Of a stretch of DNA of 64,000 nucleotides, positions 38,642 through 48,434 are shown in pieces. The notes beneath the pieces were generated by a model. The model was not told the DNA's origin. It searched no databases and saw only the letters and a program-made list of their open reading frames with translations. The number at the start of each line of letters is the position of its first letter. Position 1 is the first letter of the stretch. The DNA lies in NCBI GenBank assembly GCA_038128265.1, contig JAYPJE010000018.1, forward strand, positions 12,555-76,554, written 5' to 3'. This DNA comes from Gemmatimonadota bacterium. GTDB lineage: Bacteria > Latescibacterota > UBA2968 > UBA8231. The translations under genes and the position numbers were made by a program.

Positions 38642-41331
38642 CACTCGCCTAACCCCGCGTTGATAGATAGAAAGAGCATGCTGGCACGCTCCGTCGGACG
38701 CTCGGCAAAATTCTGCCGCTCGACCTGCACACCCAGGCGCGTGACGAGCTGGTAGCCCTGATAGGCCACGCGGTTGGTCAGCTGGGTGAGCAGCGTCCAG
38801 GAGCGAAAATTTTCGGCAATCTCCTCGCGCGCCCCGTCGAGCATCCAAAACCAGGAGCGCTCCAGGCCAATTTGCAGTTGGCTATCGAAGAGCTGCCGTC
38901 CGTAGCGAGGGAAGTAAGATACCCCTGCCGACTCGGCAAAGAGCGGCTGGGTCCACAGCAGAAAAAGCGTCTCCTCAAGACTTTCGGCTCGCCCCAAGCG
39001 CGTCGTAAACGGGCGATCGCGGCGGTACTCGCTCTTCCAGCGCGGCTCGAAGACAGCCAGACCGACGGGCATGCTCCACTCGATCTTGCTGATGGAACCC
39101 AAGAAGCCGCTGCGCTGACGAGCGGGAAAGCCAAAGAGGTCGGTCGTCTCGCTGGCGCGCTGGTGCACCTCCTCCCACTTAACGCGGTGCAGCAGGCGGA
39201 TATCGGGCCCCACGCGCTGGTCCAAGTCGGCGTAGATCGTGCCCTTCCAAGCGTCTTTAAAGGGAAGCTGGTCGAGCGTCTCCCGCATGCGGCCAGGTGA
39301 TCCCATCGGCTGAAACCACATCCATAAATCGTCGGATATATTGTCCTCGACCGAAGCGCCGTGGGCGAATACCCGCAGCGCACTGCCGCCTCTAAAACGA
39401 TAGCGCCACCCCAGCAGCCCGTACCACGACTGCGTGCGTCCGTCGCCGGAAATCAGACGCATATCCTGGCGCCCGAGCGTGAGCGAAAAGCCGGGGCCGA
39501 TATTCGCTTTGGCATGCGCGTTAAAGCCGCGGTGATCGCCCTTGTAGGGATAGTCGGGCAGATCGTCGTTTTCAAAGCGATCGATCGTGCCGTTGTAGTT
39601 CATATCCAGACCAAAGAGAAATTCCGGGCGATCAGAGCGAAAGCGCAGAAACGGCTCCTCGTAGTCGGGGAAAGAGTTGCTGTTCTGGTTGTGGTCATTG
39701 ATGAAGTCGCCGTTTTCGTCGAATCCTGGCCAGGCGACATCGTTCCAACTGCGCGAGCGCACGATATTGCCCGCGCTGCGCTCCAAGTCGGGTCGCTGCC
39801 ATTCAGGCAGTGCGTTGTAGTCGTCGTCGTCGTCGACAAATTCCATGATCTGTGGAATGGGGTCTTTGTAGCGAATGCGTCCTTCTTTATCGACTAGCCA
39901 GTAGTTCGTGGTGTACTCGTCCTCAATGCGAAACCCCTCGAAAAAGAGCGCCCACGGATAGGCGTTCCAATCGGCCTGCACGTAGGATGCCGTGCCGCTC
40001 AAGTCGTGCCGATAGTGCGTTTTTTCCACCGAGTTGGGGTAGGAAAAAAAACGTCGGTTGAGCACGGCCTCACCGCGCACCGACAGGCCGTGCCAATTGC
40101 TCAGCTCCCAGTTGGCACCGAGTAATTCGTTGGCCGTTGGCAGGCCGTAGTCGACCTGAATAAATCCGGTATTGCTGTTATCCTGCACGTTACCGCGCGC
40201 GCGCCGCACGGGTAAAAAGATAATCTCCGGATTAAAGCGCTCGCCGTCCGTCTGCAGGTTAGAGGCCACTTCGATTCGGTAATCATTGGCGACGGACAGT
40301 TCAAACGTGGCGCGCGTAATATCGGCTGAGGTAATGTCTTCATAGCGAAAGCGCGCCAAATCGTACTCGAGCACGATATTTTCCGCATCGCGTGCGACGA
40401 GGCGTCCTCCTTCGTTGCCCCCACCTGAGATTTTGGGCAGCAACCCAACTTCGCGCCCGCGATAGACGTTGCCTTCGCGATCCTCGATGACGATTTCGTA
40501 ATCGGCCAGCACGGCCGCCGCGTCGCCCTGCCCAGGCGAGTCGTCGCGCACGCGCACCCACAGTTTGTCGAGCGTGCGGTTTTGCTGCGTCGAGAGCGTG
40601 CCGCGCAGCGGGTTGCCCTCGTTGACCTCAAGCTCAGTCTGGGCATTGTGGGCGTTGACGTAGCTAAAGCCCAGCGTGCTGAAGCTGCCCAACTGAATCT
40701 CAGCGTGACCGGCCAGCATCTGCGTCACGTCGGTGCGGTCTTCACCATCGGGTGCCGAGGGGCGCGAAGCCAGCAGCGTCGCCATCAACACGTCGTTGGC
40801 GTAGTCCATGCGCACACCGTTAAAGCGCGGCTTATACAGCGTGAGTGGTGTAAAAAACGTGTAGATCTGATCGCCGATCATCAGGCGGTAGTTGCCGCCG
40901 TCGCGACGATCACCGGCCACGACCATCCGGCCAAAAAATCGCCGATAGGCGTTGCCGCCAGTATCTTTGTCTATGCGGCTACCGCGCGGCAGCGGCTGCT
41001 CTTGGCTCCAATTGTAGACCAGCCAACCGCGTCCCAGATGCGTGCCAAAGGTATCGTAAAAATCCGCGCCTTCGAGCAGGTTGTTGACGTAACGCTCGTA
41101 GGGCTGAACAGCATAGCGCGTGTCGGACGCATACCAGGGCTGCATGTAGGTCTCGGGCAAGTGGCGCAATCCGTACCACCTGTGCAGCGCGGGGCGCGCG
41201 TAGTCTATTTCAAAGCGATTGCCGTAGGGATTAACCGTAGCCAAACCCCAGTTGTGTGGATCTTCGAGGCGGCCCTGAGCCAACGCACAGACGGGCAATA
41301 GAAGCAGTAAAAGGGAGCGAGCGCTACGCAT
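38641..41331 (-). CDS. Family-B divergent paralog (B') large exported/outer-membrane protein
   Basis: Start MRSARSLL in TAATG overlap; signal peptide; FTPLTLYKPRFNG, RDDSP, YGLPTANE, PGFDENGDF, DYEEPFLRF, DMNYNGTIDRFEND; ends INAGLGE. Confidence 0.8.
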   Translation of the reverse strand: MRSARSLLLLLLPVCALAQGRLEDPHNWGLATVNPYGNRFEIDYARPALHRWYGLRHLPETYMQPWYASDTRYAVQPYERYVNNLLEGADFYDTFGTHLGRGWLVYNWSQEQPLPRGSRIDKDTGGNAYRRFFGRMVVAGDRRDGGNYRLMIGDQIYTFFTPLTLYKPRFNGVRMDYANDVLMATLLASRPSAPDGEDRTDVTQMLAGHAEIQLGSFSTLGFSYVNAHNAQTELEVNEGNPLRGTLSTQQNRTLDKLWVRVRDDSPGQGDAAAVLADYEIVIEDREGNVYRGREVGLLPKISGGGNEGGRLVARDAENIVLEYDLARFRYEDITSADITRATFELSVANDYRIEVASNLQTDGERFNPEIIFLPVRRARGNVQDNSNTGFIQVDYGLPTANELLGANWELSNWHGLSVRGEAVLNRRFFSYPNSVEKTHYRHDLSGTASYVQADWNAYPWALFFEGFRIEDEYTTNYWLVDKEGRIRYKDPIPQIMEFVDDDDDYNALPEWQRPDLERSAGNIVRSRSWNDVAWPGFDENGDFINDHNQNSNSFPDYEEPFLRFRSDRPEFLFGLDMNYNGTIDRFENDDLPDYPYKGDHRGFNAHAKANIGPGFSLTLGRQDMRLISGDGRTQSWYGLLGWRYRFRGGSALRVFAHGASVEDNISDDLWMWFQPMGSPGRMRETLDQLPFKDAWKGTIYADLDQRVGPDIRLLHRVKWEEVHQRASETTDLFGFPARQRSGFLGSISKIEWSMPVGLAVFEPRWKSEYRRDRPFTTRLGRAESLEETLFLLWTQPLFAESAGVSYFPRYGRQLFDSQLQIGLERSWFWMLDGAREEIAENFRSWTLLTQLTNRVAYQGYQLVTRLGVQVERQNFAERPTERASMLFLSINAGLGE

Positions 41332-43838
41332 TAATACACCAGGTGCAGCAGGCGGATCGTGGCGGTGCCATCGGCGTCGCTGTCCGTTGCCAAGTGAATG
41401 CGCAGCACGTATAGGCCCGGCGGCATGATGCGCCCGCCGTCGTCGCGACCATCCCAAGAAAACACGTGCTCACCGCTGGGAAAGGAGCGCAGCACGCTCA
41501 AGTCGCGCACGCGCTGGCCCGCCAAGTTGAGCACTTCGACGCCGAGCTTTTTCTCTCGCTCTAGGTGGTACACCGTAATCCGAATATCGGTCCGATCGTT
41601 GATGCCGTCGCCGTTGGGCGTAATCACGCTGGGCTCAACCTGCACATTTTCAAGCAGCGAATTGTCCTGCAGGCGCGACGTGACCGACAGGCTCTGCGTG
41701 GCTACAACCTCTGTAGCATCACCGCCAACTACGTCCTGCACCAGTCCTGGCTGCGCGGCGTTTTGCAGCTGTGCGCTAAAGACCGTGCTCTGCAGAAAAA
41801 CGCGCGTGCGGAAGCGGAAGGCGTATACCTGATTGCCGCGCACGACCGGCTCGGGAAAGCGCACCACGACCGAGCCTTCTTCGCCGCGCGACACCTCGAG
41901 ATCCCCATCGGGCCACAGGCGCGTGCCCGCGCCAAAGCGCAGACCGCTATCGCTGCCAACCAGCACCTCACTGAGTTCAAGCGGTTCCGAAGACGTAGAG
42001 CGCAGGACAATCTGATCGAAGCCCGGATTATCGGGCCCAAAGATGGGGCGCACATAGAGGGTGAAGCTCTCGTCGACTCCCGGCTCTACACCGCCGGTGG
42101 GAAAGATTTCACCAAAGGCCGTATCGACCAGCGGCGGCACAAAATGCAAGCGCAGGGAGCGCAGCCAGGCGCGCTGCAGCGGTTCGCGCGACAGCAGGCG
42201 CACCTGCACCTTAACCAGCGGGCGCGGTGCCGGCGATTTAAACGCCTCGCCGGACTCCGTATAGGGCTGACTCCAATTGCTCCAATCCGGACCCGTTATC
42301 TCTTCAAATACGGGCGGTGGACGCGGCGTCTGCTCCGTATCGGGCAGGCGCCGCCACAGATCCTCGGAAATTTCGCGGCCGTTCATCGTGAAGTAGTGCG
42401 GCTCCAGCGTGACCTTCTCACCGGTGCGCGTGCGCACTTCAATGCGCGTATTGGGCGGCGCTTCGCCGTCCCAGGTCACGCGGTTAAACAGGCGCGATCG
42501 GTCCAACTGGATAAAGGGCGATTCCATGGTGATCTCGGAGACGTAGCCCTCTCCGTAGGCTTGGATCTCGCTCAGACGCCCCTTTTCAAAGTTCGAGCCG
42601 CTAAACTCGAGCTGACGAAACTCGATGTAGCGCACCTCTTGGCGCGGAAAGGCCTCTTCGACGTGCAGCAGGCGCTCGAGGTTGCGGCGCTCGTCAAAGG
42701 TCGTCCAGACGAAGTTTCCGTTGGCGTCAACCGAACCATCGGAGATGCGCACCTGATAGGCGAAGGGCGGTCGATCGGGGCTGAGCAGTTTGATGCGATC
42801 CAGCCAGTACTTGGCCCCCAAATCAATCTCAACTTGGTTTTCATCCTGCACCGCATCGTAGAACAGCATGTCTTTGTTGGTGGCAAAGAGACCGTCGGTA
42901 AAGGTGCGAAAGAGCAGAAAGTCGTACTGACCGATGGCCAGCGCCTCGCGCTCGCGCTCGGCCTGCGTAATAGCGATGATATTCTCTCCAAGGGCGAATA
43001 CCTCTACTTCGCTGAGGCGCGGCCGCTCGCGCCGATAGTAGCGCACGGGACCGCGCTCTTCTTCGGCCAAATCGGCGTAGGTATTTTCGCTGACGGCAAT
43101 GAGGCGACCGCTTGAAGTCTGCAAGAAATAGTCAACGTCGCCGCGATCTTCTTCAGGCAGCAGGTCGAACTGTTCGCGAGTTATTTCTTCGGCGCGGCCG
43201 CCGGCCGTAGCCAGCACGTCGATGCGCACCTTTTGCACGATAGCGCCTTCAATGCCGGGCGCCACCTTGCGCTGTGGCGTCAGCTCAAAGGTAAACTCGC
43301 GCTGGCCGGATAGATTGCGCACCAGGCCAACTCGCGCAAAGATCTCGCTAGCGCGACCGGCCGCCGCCAACCCGTCGGAGGTAAGCACGCGAAACTGGCG
43401 AAAGGGATCGCCCTGTCCCTCGTCGACAAAGCGCACGACAATGCGCTCGACGATCAGCGTGCGCTGCAGGTCGACCTCAAAGGTCCACGTAGAGATGTCG
43501 TCCGTCCCATTGGGTTCCCAGTAGGTCTCCGAGTTGCCGTCCACGGCGAGCATGGCCTGTTCTGGATTGCTATTGGCCACCGCCACGGCGATAACAGAGT
43601 CGTCTTCGGCGCTGTAGACGGCGTTGACGTGGCCGCGCAGCAGGCGCGGGATAACCGTGCCGTCCGCCCGTATAATGCGCGCACCCGTGGGCGCCTCCCA
43701 TGCCCGCCAGTGGTCCGGCGTTTCAATGAGCACGCGGTCGTCCAACACGTCGTAGCCGAGCAGCACTTCTTCCTCTTCTTGGGCGCTCAGAGGCAGGGTG
43801 CAGAGGGCGACAAATATGTATGTAAGTAGTTGATTCAA
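41331..43838 (-). CDS. Family-A (subtype A1, 835 aa) exported protein with two discoidin-like modules and C-terminal FlgD-Ig/CHU_C-like domain
   Basis: TTG start; signal peptide (PLSA/Q); AVDGNSETYW…VDL…ERIVVRF and IDLG…DRIKL modules; RTRTG, WSNWS, ITPNGDGIND; ends LHLVY. Confidence 0.8.
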   Translation of the reverse strand: MNQLLTYIFVALCTLPLSAQEEEEVLLGYDVLDDRVLIETPDHWRAWEAPTGARIIRADGTVIPRLLRGHVNAVYSAEDDSVIAVAVANSNPEQAMLAVDGNSETYWEPNGTDDISTWTFEVDLQRTLIVERIVVRFVDEGQGDPFRQFRVLTSDGLAAAGRASEIFARVGLVRNLSGQREFTFELTPQRKVAPGIEGAIVQKVRIDVLATAGGRAEEITREQFDLLPEEDRGDVDYFLQTSSGRLIAVSENTYADLAEEERGPVRYYRRERPRLSEVEVFALGENIIAITQAEREREALAIGQYDFLLFRTFTDGLFATNKDMLFYDAVQDENQVEIDLGAKYWLDRIKLLSPDRPPFAYQVRISDGSVDANGNFVWTTFDERRNLERLLHVEEAFPRQEVRYIEFRQLEFSGSNFEKGRLSEIQAYGEGYVSEITMESPFIQLDRSRLFNRVTWDGEAPPNTRIEVRTRTGEKVTLEPHYFTMNGREISEDLWRRLPDTEQTPRPPPVFEEITGPDWSNWSQPYTESGEAFKSPAPRPLVKVQVRLLSREPLQRAWLRSLRLHFVPPLVDTAFGEIFPTGGVEPGVDESFTLYVRPIFGPDNPGFDQIVLRSTSSEPLELSEVLVGSDSGLRFGAGTRLWPDGDLEVSRGEEGSVVVRFPEPVVRGNQVYAFRFRTRVFLQSTVFSAQLQNAAQPGLVQDVVGGDATEVVATQSLSVTSRLQDNSLLENVQVEPSVITPNGDGINDRTDIRITVYHLEREKKLGVEVLNLAGQRVRDLSVLRSFPSGEHVFSWDGRDDGGRIMPPGLYVLRIHLATDSDADGTATIRLLHLVY

Positions 43839-44017
43839 TGAATTTTACAGTTTTTTCAATTAGGCGATGATCTATAAAAAAAGACACAATATGAACCCGT
43901 GCAAATGCAAAAGGGCTTTTATATAGACGAACGGAAACGTGCGCGGGGGAGCCCTTCAACAGGATGGGCGCACGCGCTGGCTACTTGGGCATGGCCAAAG
44001 ACCGATGGACTACCGCG

Positions 44018-44046
44018 TTGACATGCGCACGACTAGATGCTACCTT
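44018..44046 (+). promoter_or_regulatory. Sigma70-type promoter for the RsmB/F-family gene
   Basis: TTGACA (44018-44023), 17-nt spacer, TACCTT (44041-44046) preceded by extended -10 TGn; ~60 nt upstream of ATG 44108. Confidence 0.6.
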
Positions 44047-44107
44047 GCCCGCCCCGTAGTCCGATCAGTTGTGCTATCCACCGCTCCATCGCACGCAGCA
44101 GAGCACT

Positions 44108-45082
44108 ATGAGCAGTCAAAAGTCCCCAGAGGGTCTGCCGGATGCGTTTGCACAGCGGCTGCGCCGCATCGTGCCGGAGACGCATTTTGCAGCCTGCTGG
44201 GCGAGCTTTGCCCGCCCTATGGCCACCGCCTTCCGCGTCAATCGGCTCAAGGCGAACGTCGATGCGGTGGACGCCGAACTGGCGCGGGCCGGCTTCTCAC
44301 TCCGGCCGCTGAGTTGGAAGGCCGACGCCTTCTCCATTCCAGACGAACAGCGACGCGCGCTGACGGAAAGCGCGGCCTTTGCCGAAGGGCGCCTCTACAT
44401 ACAGAATCCATCCAGCATGATTCCTCCCATCGCGCTCGACCCGCAGCCGGGCGAAGAGGTGCTCGATCTAGCCGCAGCACCGGGTGGCAAAACCCTCCAC
44501 ATGGCGGAGATGATGAATAATCGGGGACGCATCGGCGCGGTGGAAGCCGTGCGCAAGCGCTTTTTCCGCCTGCGCGACAATCTGCAGCGCGGCGGAGCCG
44601 AAATCGTGCAGACCTATCTCAAGGACGGCGCGTCGGTTTGGCGCCAGTGTCCAGAGCGCTTTGATCGCGTGCTATTGGATGCGCCCTGTTCGGGCGAGGG
44701 CCTGTTTCAGCTTGCGAACCCACAGAGCTTTGCCTATTGGAGCGAAAAAAAAATCGCCGAAATGGCGCGCAAACAGCGCAGATTGCTCTACTCGGCCATC
44801 CAGTCGCTCAAACCGGGCGGCGCGCTGGTCTATTCAACCTGCACCTTCGCCCCGGAGGAAAACGAGATGGTCGTCCAGCATGCGCTGGAGCAATTTGGCA
44901 GCGCATTGGAAGTGGCCGATATCGAGGTGGATATCAACGCCATGCAGCCCGGTTTGACGGCGTGGCAGAAAGCGGCATTCGACACGTCGTTGCAGCGCGC
45001 GCGCCGCATCGTCCCGGACGGCGTAATGGAGGGCTTTTTCATCTGCAAACTGCAGAAAAAAACATCGACGCTCGGCGCCTAA
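44108..45082 (+). CDS. RsmB/RsmF/NOP2 family RNA m5C methyltransferase
   Basis: FRVNRLK, YIQNPSSM, VLDLAAAPGGKT, LLDAPCSG, YSTCT..PEENE, EGFFI. Confidence 0.92.
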   Translation: MSSQKSPEGLPDAFAQRLRRIVPETHFAACWASFARPMATAFRVNRLKANVDAVDAELARAGFSLRPLSWKADAFSIPDEQRRALTESAAFAEGRLYIQNPSSMIPPIALDPQPGEEVLDLAAAPGGKTLHMAEMMNNRGRIGAVEAVRKRFFRLRDNLQRGGAEIVQTYLKDGASVWRQCPERFDRVLLDAPCSGEGLFQLANPQSFAYWSEKKIAEMARKQRRLLYSAIQSLKPGGALVYSTCTFAPEENEMVVQHALEQFGSALEVADIEVDINAMQPGLTAWQKAAFDTSLQRARRIVPDGVMEGFFICKLQKKTSTLGA

Positions 45083-45109
45083 CGCACCCCGTACGCAGGA
45101 GGGTTTGAC

Positions 45110-47224
45110 CTACGGGCGCACGACGCCATCCCACTCAACGCCCGCATACAGCGACCGGCCCGCCGCTGGCTCAAAAAAGCGATTGCCAAAGGCATTAGCG
45201 ACAATCGACCCGCTGTAGGCCGTATCAAATGCATTGTCCATACCGAAAAAGAGCCGGGCCGCACCCCGCCGCCAGCCCAGACGTAGATCGACGCGCGCAT
45301 AGCCCTCGTTAATAAAGTCGGCACGGGCAGCGGCGCTGCCGGGCGGCGGTCCGTTGTAGTCGTTGGCAAAGTAATCGGACACCCACTCGAGCTCTACCCC
45401 CAAGAACGCCGAGCGCAGCGGGTAGGTTTGCACGGACAAAAACGCGCGATGTGGCGGCAAACCCGGCACCTGATTGTCAGCCAGCTGCACGCCGTCGAGC
45501 AGGTAGTCTACAAAGCGATAGTGGCTATACGTGTAGGCCAACTGCATATCGACGCGCGCCGATGGGGTGGCGCTCAGCGCGATCTCGACGCCGCGGTTCT
45601 GCGTGCGACCGGCATTGCGAAAGTAGACTTCCTCACTGGCGCTGTCCTCCACCTGAAAGGAGATCAGCATATCGCGTATATCCAGCTGGTAGAGCGCCAG
45701 CTCGACATCAATCGGCCAGCGCGGATGGCGGGCGCGCAGACCGCCTTCTATACTGCCTATGTGCTCGGGATCGAGCGCGGGGTTGAATCCGCCGAGTCCG
45801 TCGGCGCGATTGCTGAGTTCACTGGTCGTCGGCGTTTGAAAAGCGGTAGCCACGTTCGCATATAGGGCCAGCAGGGGATGCGGGCGGTAACGCGCGCCGA
45901 CAAATGGACTAAATTGACCGAACGCACGCGTGCCCGAATCATCGCCGTCATCTAAAAATCGATCGCGCGCCGAAAAGGTGTAGCGATCGTAGCGACCGCT
46001 CGCGCTGACGGTCCACGCGCTCCCCAGCGCGAAGTCCAGCGAGAGAAAAGGTCCGGCGCTGCGCACCTGTTCGAACTGGTCCAACTGACGCGCACCGTAC
46101 TGAATGCGCGCAAATACATCGCCGTCTTTCACTCGCCCAACGTCGCCCTCGGCCAAACCATCGTTTTTAAACTCGTCGCGCTGGTCGCGCTGCCAGTCGG
46201 CATCGAAGCCACCGGTGTAGCGCAGGCGATCCCGGCGGCCGCTGCGCACGTAGCGCAGACCGCCGCCGCTGCGCTCTAATTCGACGATGCGCCCCGGAAT
46301 CGGATTGTGTAACGCCCGGCCAAGACCGTATAGCACTAGCTGCGAACGATCGCCCGATGCGTGCTGGTAGCGCAGCGAAAAACCGCCCTGAGTCTGACGC
46401 ACCTTCTTGGATGCACCCTGGCTAACCACATAGGAGCGCACACTGCGCGGTGCCGCGTTGGCGGTCGCCCGATCCAGCGAACTCGGATTGAATAGGTAGG
46501 GCGCATCGTGCGCGTTGAGCAACAGCCCAAGCTCTAAGCGCATTCCTATTTGGCGATGGACCAGAGCGCTCAGACCGCGCATTTGTCCATAGGCGTGCTC
46601 GCGATAGCCATCGCTTTGCAGGGCGTGCATGCCAATGTAATAGCGATGGGCTGCTCCGCGACCGGCCGCCTGCACCTGCAGACGACTCAGCCCATCGCTG
46701 CCCATCATAAGGCGCGTCGCCATACGCAGCGCCGCATCGGCCGGCTGCCGCGTGCGGATCGACAGCAGGCCGCCGCTGGCGTTGCCGTAGAGCGCCGAGC
46801 TTGGACCACGCAGAATTTCAATCCGTCCAATGGAGCCCATATCGAGGTTGTTGAGCTGCGTCTGACCATCGGCTGTTGTCAGCGGAATCCCATCGAGCAC
46901 GACCTTCATACCGCGCACGCCAAAGGCGGCGCGCACGCCCAGGCCGCGCGCGCTGATGCGGTCGCCCTGCGAAAGGTTGTGGCGATTATCGACGGAAATA
47001 CCGGGCACACCGCGCAGCACGTCTTCGAGCGAAGTTGACGGACGCGGCGCGCCCAGCGTATCGGCGTCGACCACGCTCAGCGCGTAGGGCAGGTCTACGG
47101 CCGGGCGCGCGCTGCGCGTCGCGTTGACGATCGTCGTTGGAAAGGCATAGCGCACCGAGTCGGACTGCGCTAACACCGATGCGCTCCACAGCAGAACAAT
47201 GAGCGGCGTGTACCATACGGACAT
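45110..47224 (-). CDS. TonB-dependent receptor (YncD-like)
   Basis: Signal peptide; VNATR, RG.G…G…DGIP, IEILRGPSSALYGNASGG plug motif, NRGVE, FFEPAAGRSLYAGVEW. Confidence 0.9.
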   Translation of the reverse strand: MSVWYTPLIVLLWSASVLAQSDSVRYAFPTTIVNATRSARPAVDLPYALSVVDADTLGAPRPSTSLEDVLRGVPGISVDNRHNLSQGDRISARGLGVRAAFGVRGMKVVLDGIPLTTADGQTQLNNLDMGSIGRIEILRGPSSALYGNASGGLLSIRTRQPADAALRMATRLMMGSDGLSRLQVQAAGRGAAHRYYIGMHALQSDGYREHAYGQMRGLSALVHRQIGMRLELGLLLNAHDAPYLFNPSSLDRATANAAPRSVRSYVVSQGASKKVRQTQGGFSLRYQHASGDRSQLVLYGLGRALHNPIPGRIVELERSGGGLRYVRSGRRDRLRYTGGFDADWQRDQRDEFKNDGLAEGDVGRVKDGDVFARIQYGARQLDQFEQVRSAGPFLSLDFALGSAWTVSASGRYDRYTFSARDRFLDDGDDSGTRAFGQFSPFVGARYRPHPLLALYANVATAFQTPTTSELSNRADGLGGFNPALDPEHIGSIEGGLRARHPRWPIDVELALYQLDIRDMLISFQVEDSASEEVYFRNAGRTQNRGVEIALSATPSARVDMQLAYTYSHYRFVDYLLDGVQLADNQVPGLPPHRAFLSVQTYPLRSAFLGVELEWVSDYFANDYNGPPPGSAAARADFINEGYARVDLRLGWRRGAARLFFGMDNAFDTAYSGSIVANAFGNRFFEPAAGRSLYAGVEWDGVVRP

Positions 47225-47309
47225 GGAACAGTATCGTTTCGTTTCGGCGCGCATACCTAGCTCGCGCACGCGGTAGAAGAAAGAGCAGGGGCGCGCACAA
47301 GCGCCCCAT

Positions 47310-48002
47310 TTACCTCAGCGAGCCACCGCCGTAAATAAAGTAGTCGGGGCTGCGCTGAAAATCGCAAGAAAAGCCCAGCGCGTGCAGGCGAGCGGCCAGA
47401 TCGTCGGGCTCGTAGTATATTTTGACAATCTGGTAGGTGCGACCGTCGTTGAGTTTGCGCCCCTGCACCGTCGCCTCGCGTCCCCGCAGCACGTGGTTGC
47501 GAGCGGTAGTCGTCGGGTTGTAGAGCGAATCGATAAGAAAGAAGCGACCACCGTCTCTTAGCGCAGAGCGCACCGTGTGCCAAAACGCATCAAAGCGATC
47601 GGCCGGCACGTGCGAAAGCCAAAACGAAAAAAAGACGACGTCGTAGCGGCAGTCGGGGTCCCAGCTAAATATATCGGCCTGCTGGTAGACTACGTGGTCG
47701 GGCGCACCGAGACGCTGGCGATTGATAGCAATAACCTCTTGCGACGAATCGACGGCCAGCAGGCGATCGGCATGGCGCGCTAGATGCTGACTCCACAGGC
47801 CCGTGCCGCAGGCCAGTTCCAGCACGTCGCCGCGCGGTGCAAAAGCGTCGAGCGCACTGCGCACGAGTTCGGCGTCGGCAAACCAACGGTTGTTCAGTTC
47901 GGGACCGTGATCATAGCGCCCCTGGCGCAGAAACCACTCGTCGTACTCACCGGCGCGCGCGCGGTAGTAGTCAACCTGATCGCGTATAATGTCTTCGGAC
48001 AT
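47310..48002 (-). CDS. Class I SAM-dependent methyltransferase
   Basis: YY..RA.EYD, VLELACGTGLW, AVDSS, FFSFWLSHVP. Confidence 0.88.
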   Translation of the reverse strand: MSEDIIRDQVDYYRARAGEYDEWFLRQGRYDHGPELNNRWFADAELVRSALDAFAPRGDVLELACGTGLWSQHLARHADRLLAVDSSQEVIAINRQRLGAPDHVVYQQADIFSWDPDCRYDVVFFSFWLSHVPADRFDAFWHTVRSALRDGGRFFLIDSLYNPTTTARNHVLRGREATVQGRKLNDGRTYQIVKIYYEPDDLAARLHALGFSCDFQRSPDYFIYGGGSLR

Positions 48003-48029
48003 GGGGACAGCCGCCGCAGGGAGCGACGC

Positions 48030-48386
48030 CTACTGCTCTCCGTTCGGAGGTTGAGCGGTGTCGAGCAGCGCTTCGCGCAGTAGCTGCACGTTAGCGACCA
48101 GCAGAGCGAGCACGCCGGCTCCCGTGCACAGCGTTAGCGCGGACACATAGCCGTGCTCTGTAGTGCGCAGCAGCAAACCAACAACCAGCGCTCCAACGAG
48201 CAAAACCATACTCGCGTACAGCCCTAAAACGGCGCTACGACACAGCAGCGCGCGGCGCTGTAGCACAGCGTCGCCTCCGCGTAGGGTATCCTCCAGCGCG
48301 CGGCAGCGCCGACGCGTCGAAACGGTCAGCACGGCCACAGCGGCGGCCAGTAGCAGCGGCGTGAGCCAGATCGTAGCTTCATGCAT
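48030..48386 (-). CDS. Small membrane protein (DUF2721-like)
   Basis: Three hydrophobic segments; LTP.LL..AVA, L.RRA.L..A pattern. Confidence 0.6.
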   Translation of the reverse strand: MHEATIWLTPLLLAAAVAVLTVSTRRRCRALEDTLRGGDAVLQRRALLCRSAVLGLYASMVLLVGALVVGLLLRTTEHGYVSALTLCTGAGVLALLVANVQLLREALLDTAQPPNGEQ

Positions 48387-48434
48387 ATGTCAAAAATGCA
48401 CAGCAGGCATAACCTGCGCAAACGGGAGATTACC

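Noticed and set aside
41565..43115. 516-aa plus-strand ORF (and many other nested 60-270-aa ORFs)
   Set aside because: Lies wholly antisense to a motif-rich gene; no recognisable motifs; expected in GC-rich DNA.
1..43838. Family-A genes as flagellar hook-capping flgD or as gliding-motility genes
   Set aside because: Only the C-terminal Ig-like domain is similar; the proteins have Sec signal peptides and no flagellar or gld genes are in the window.
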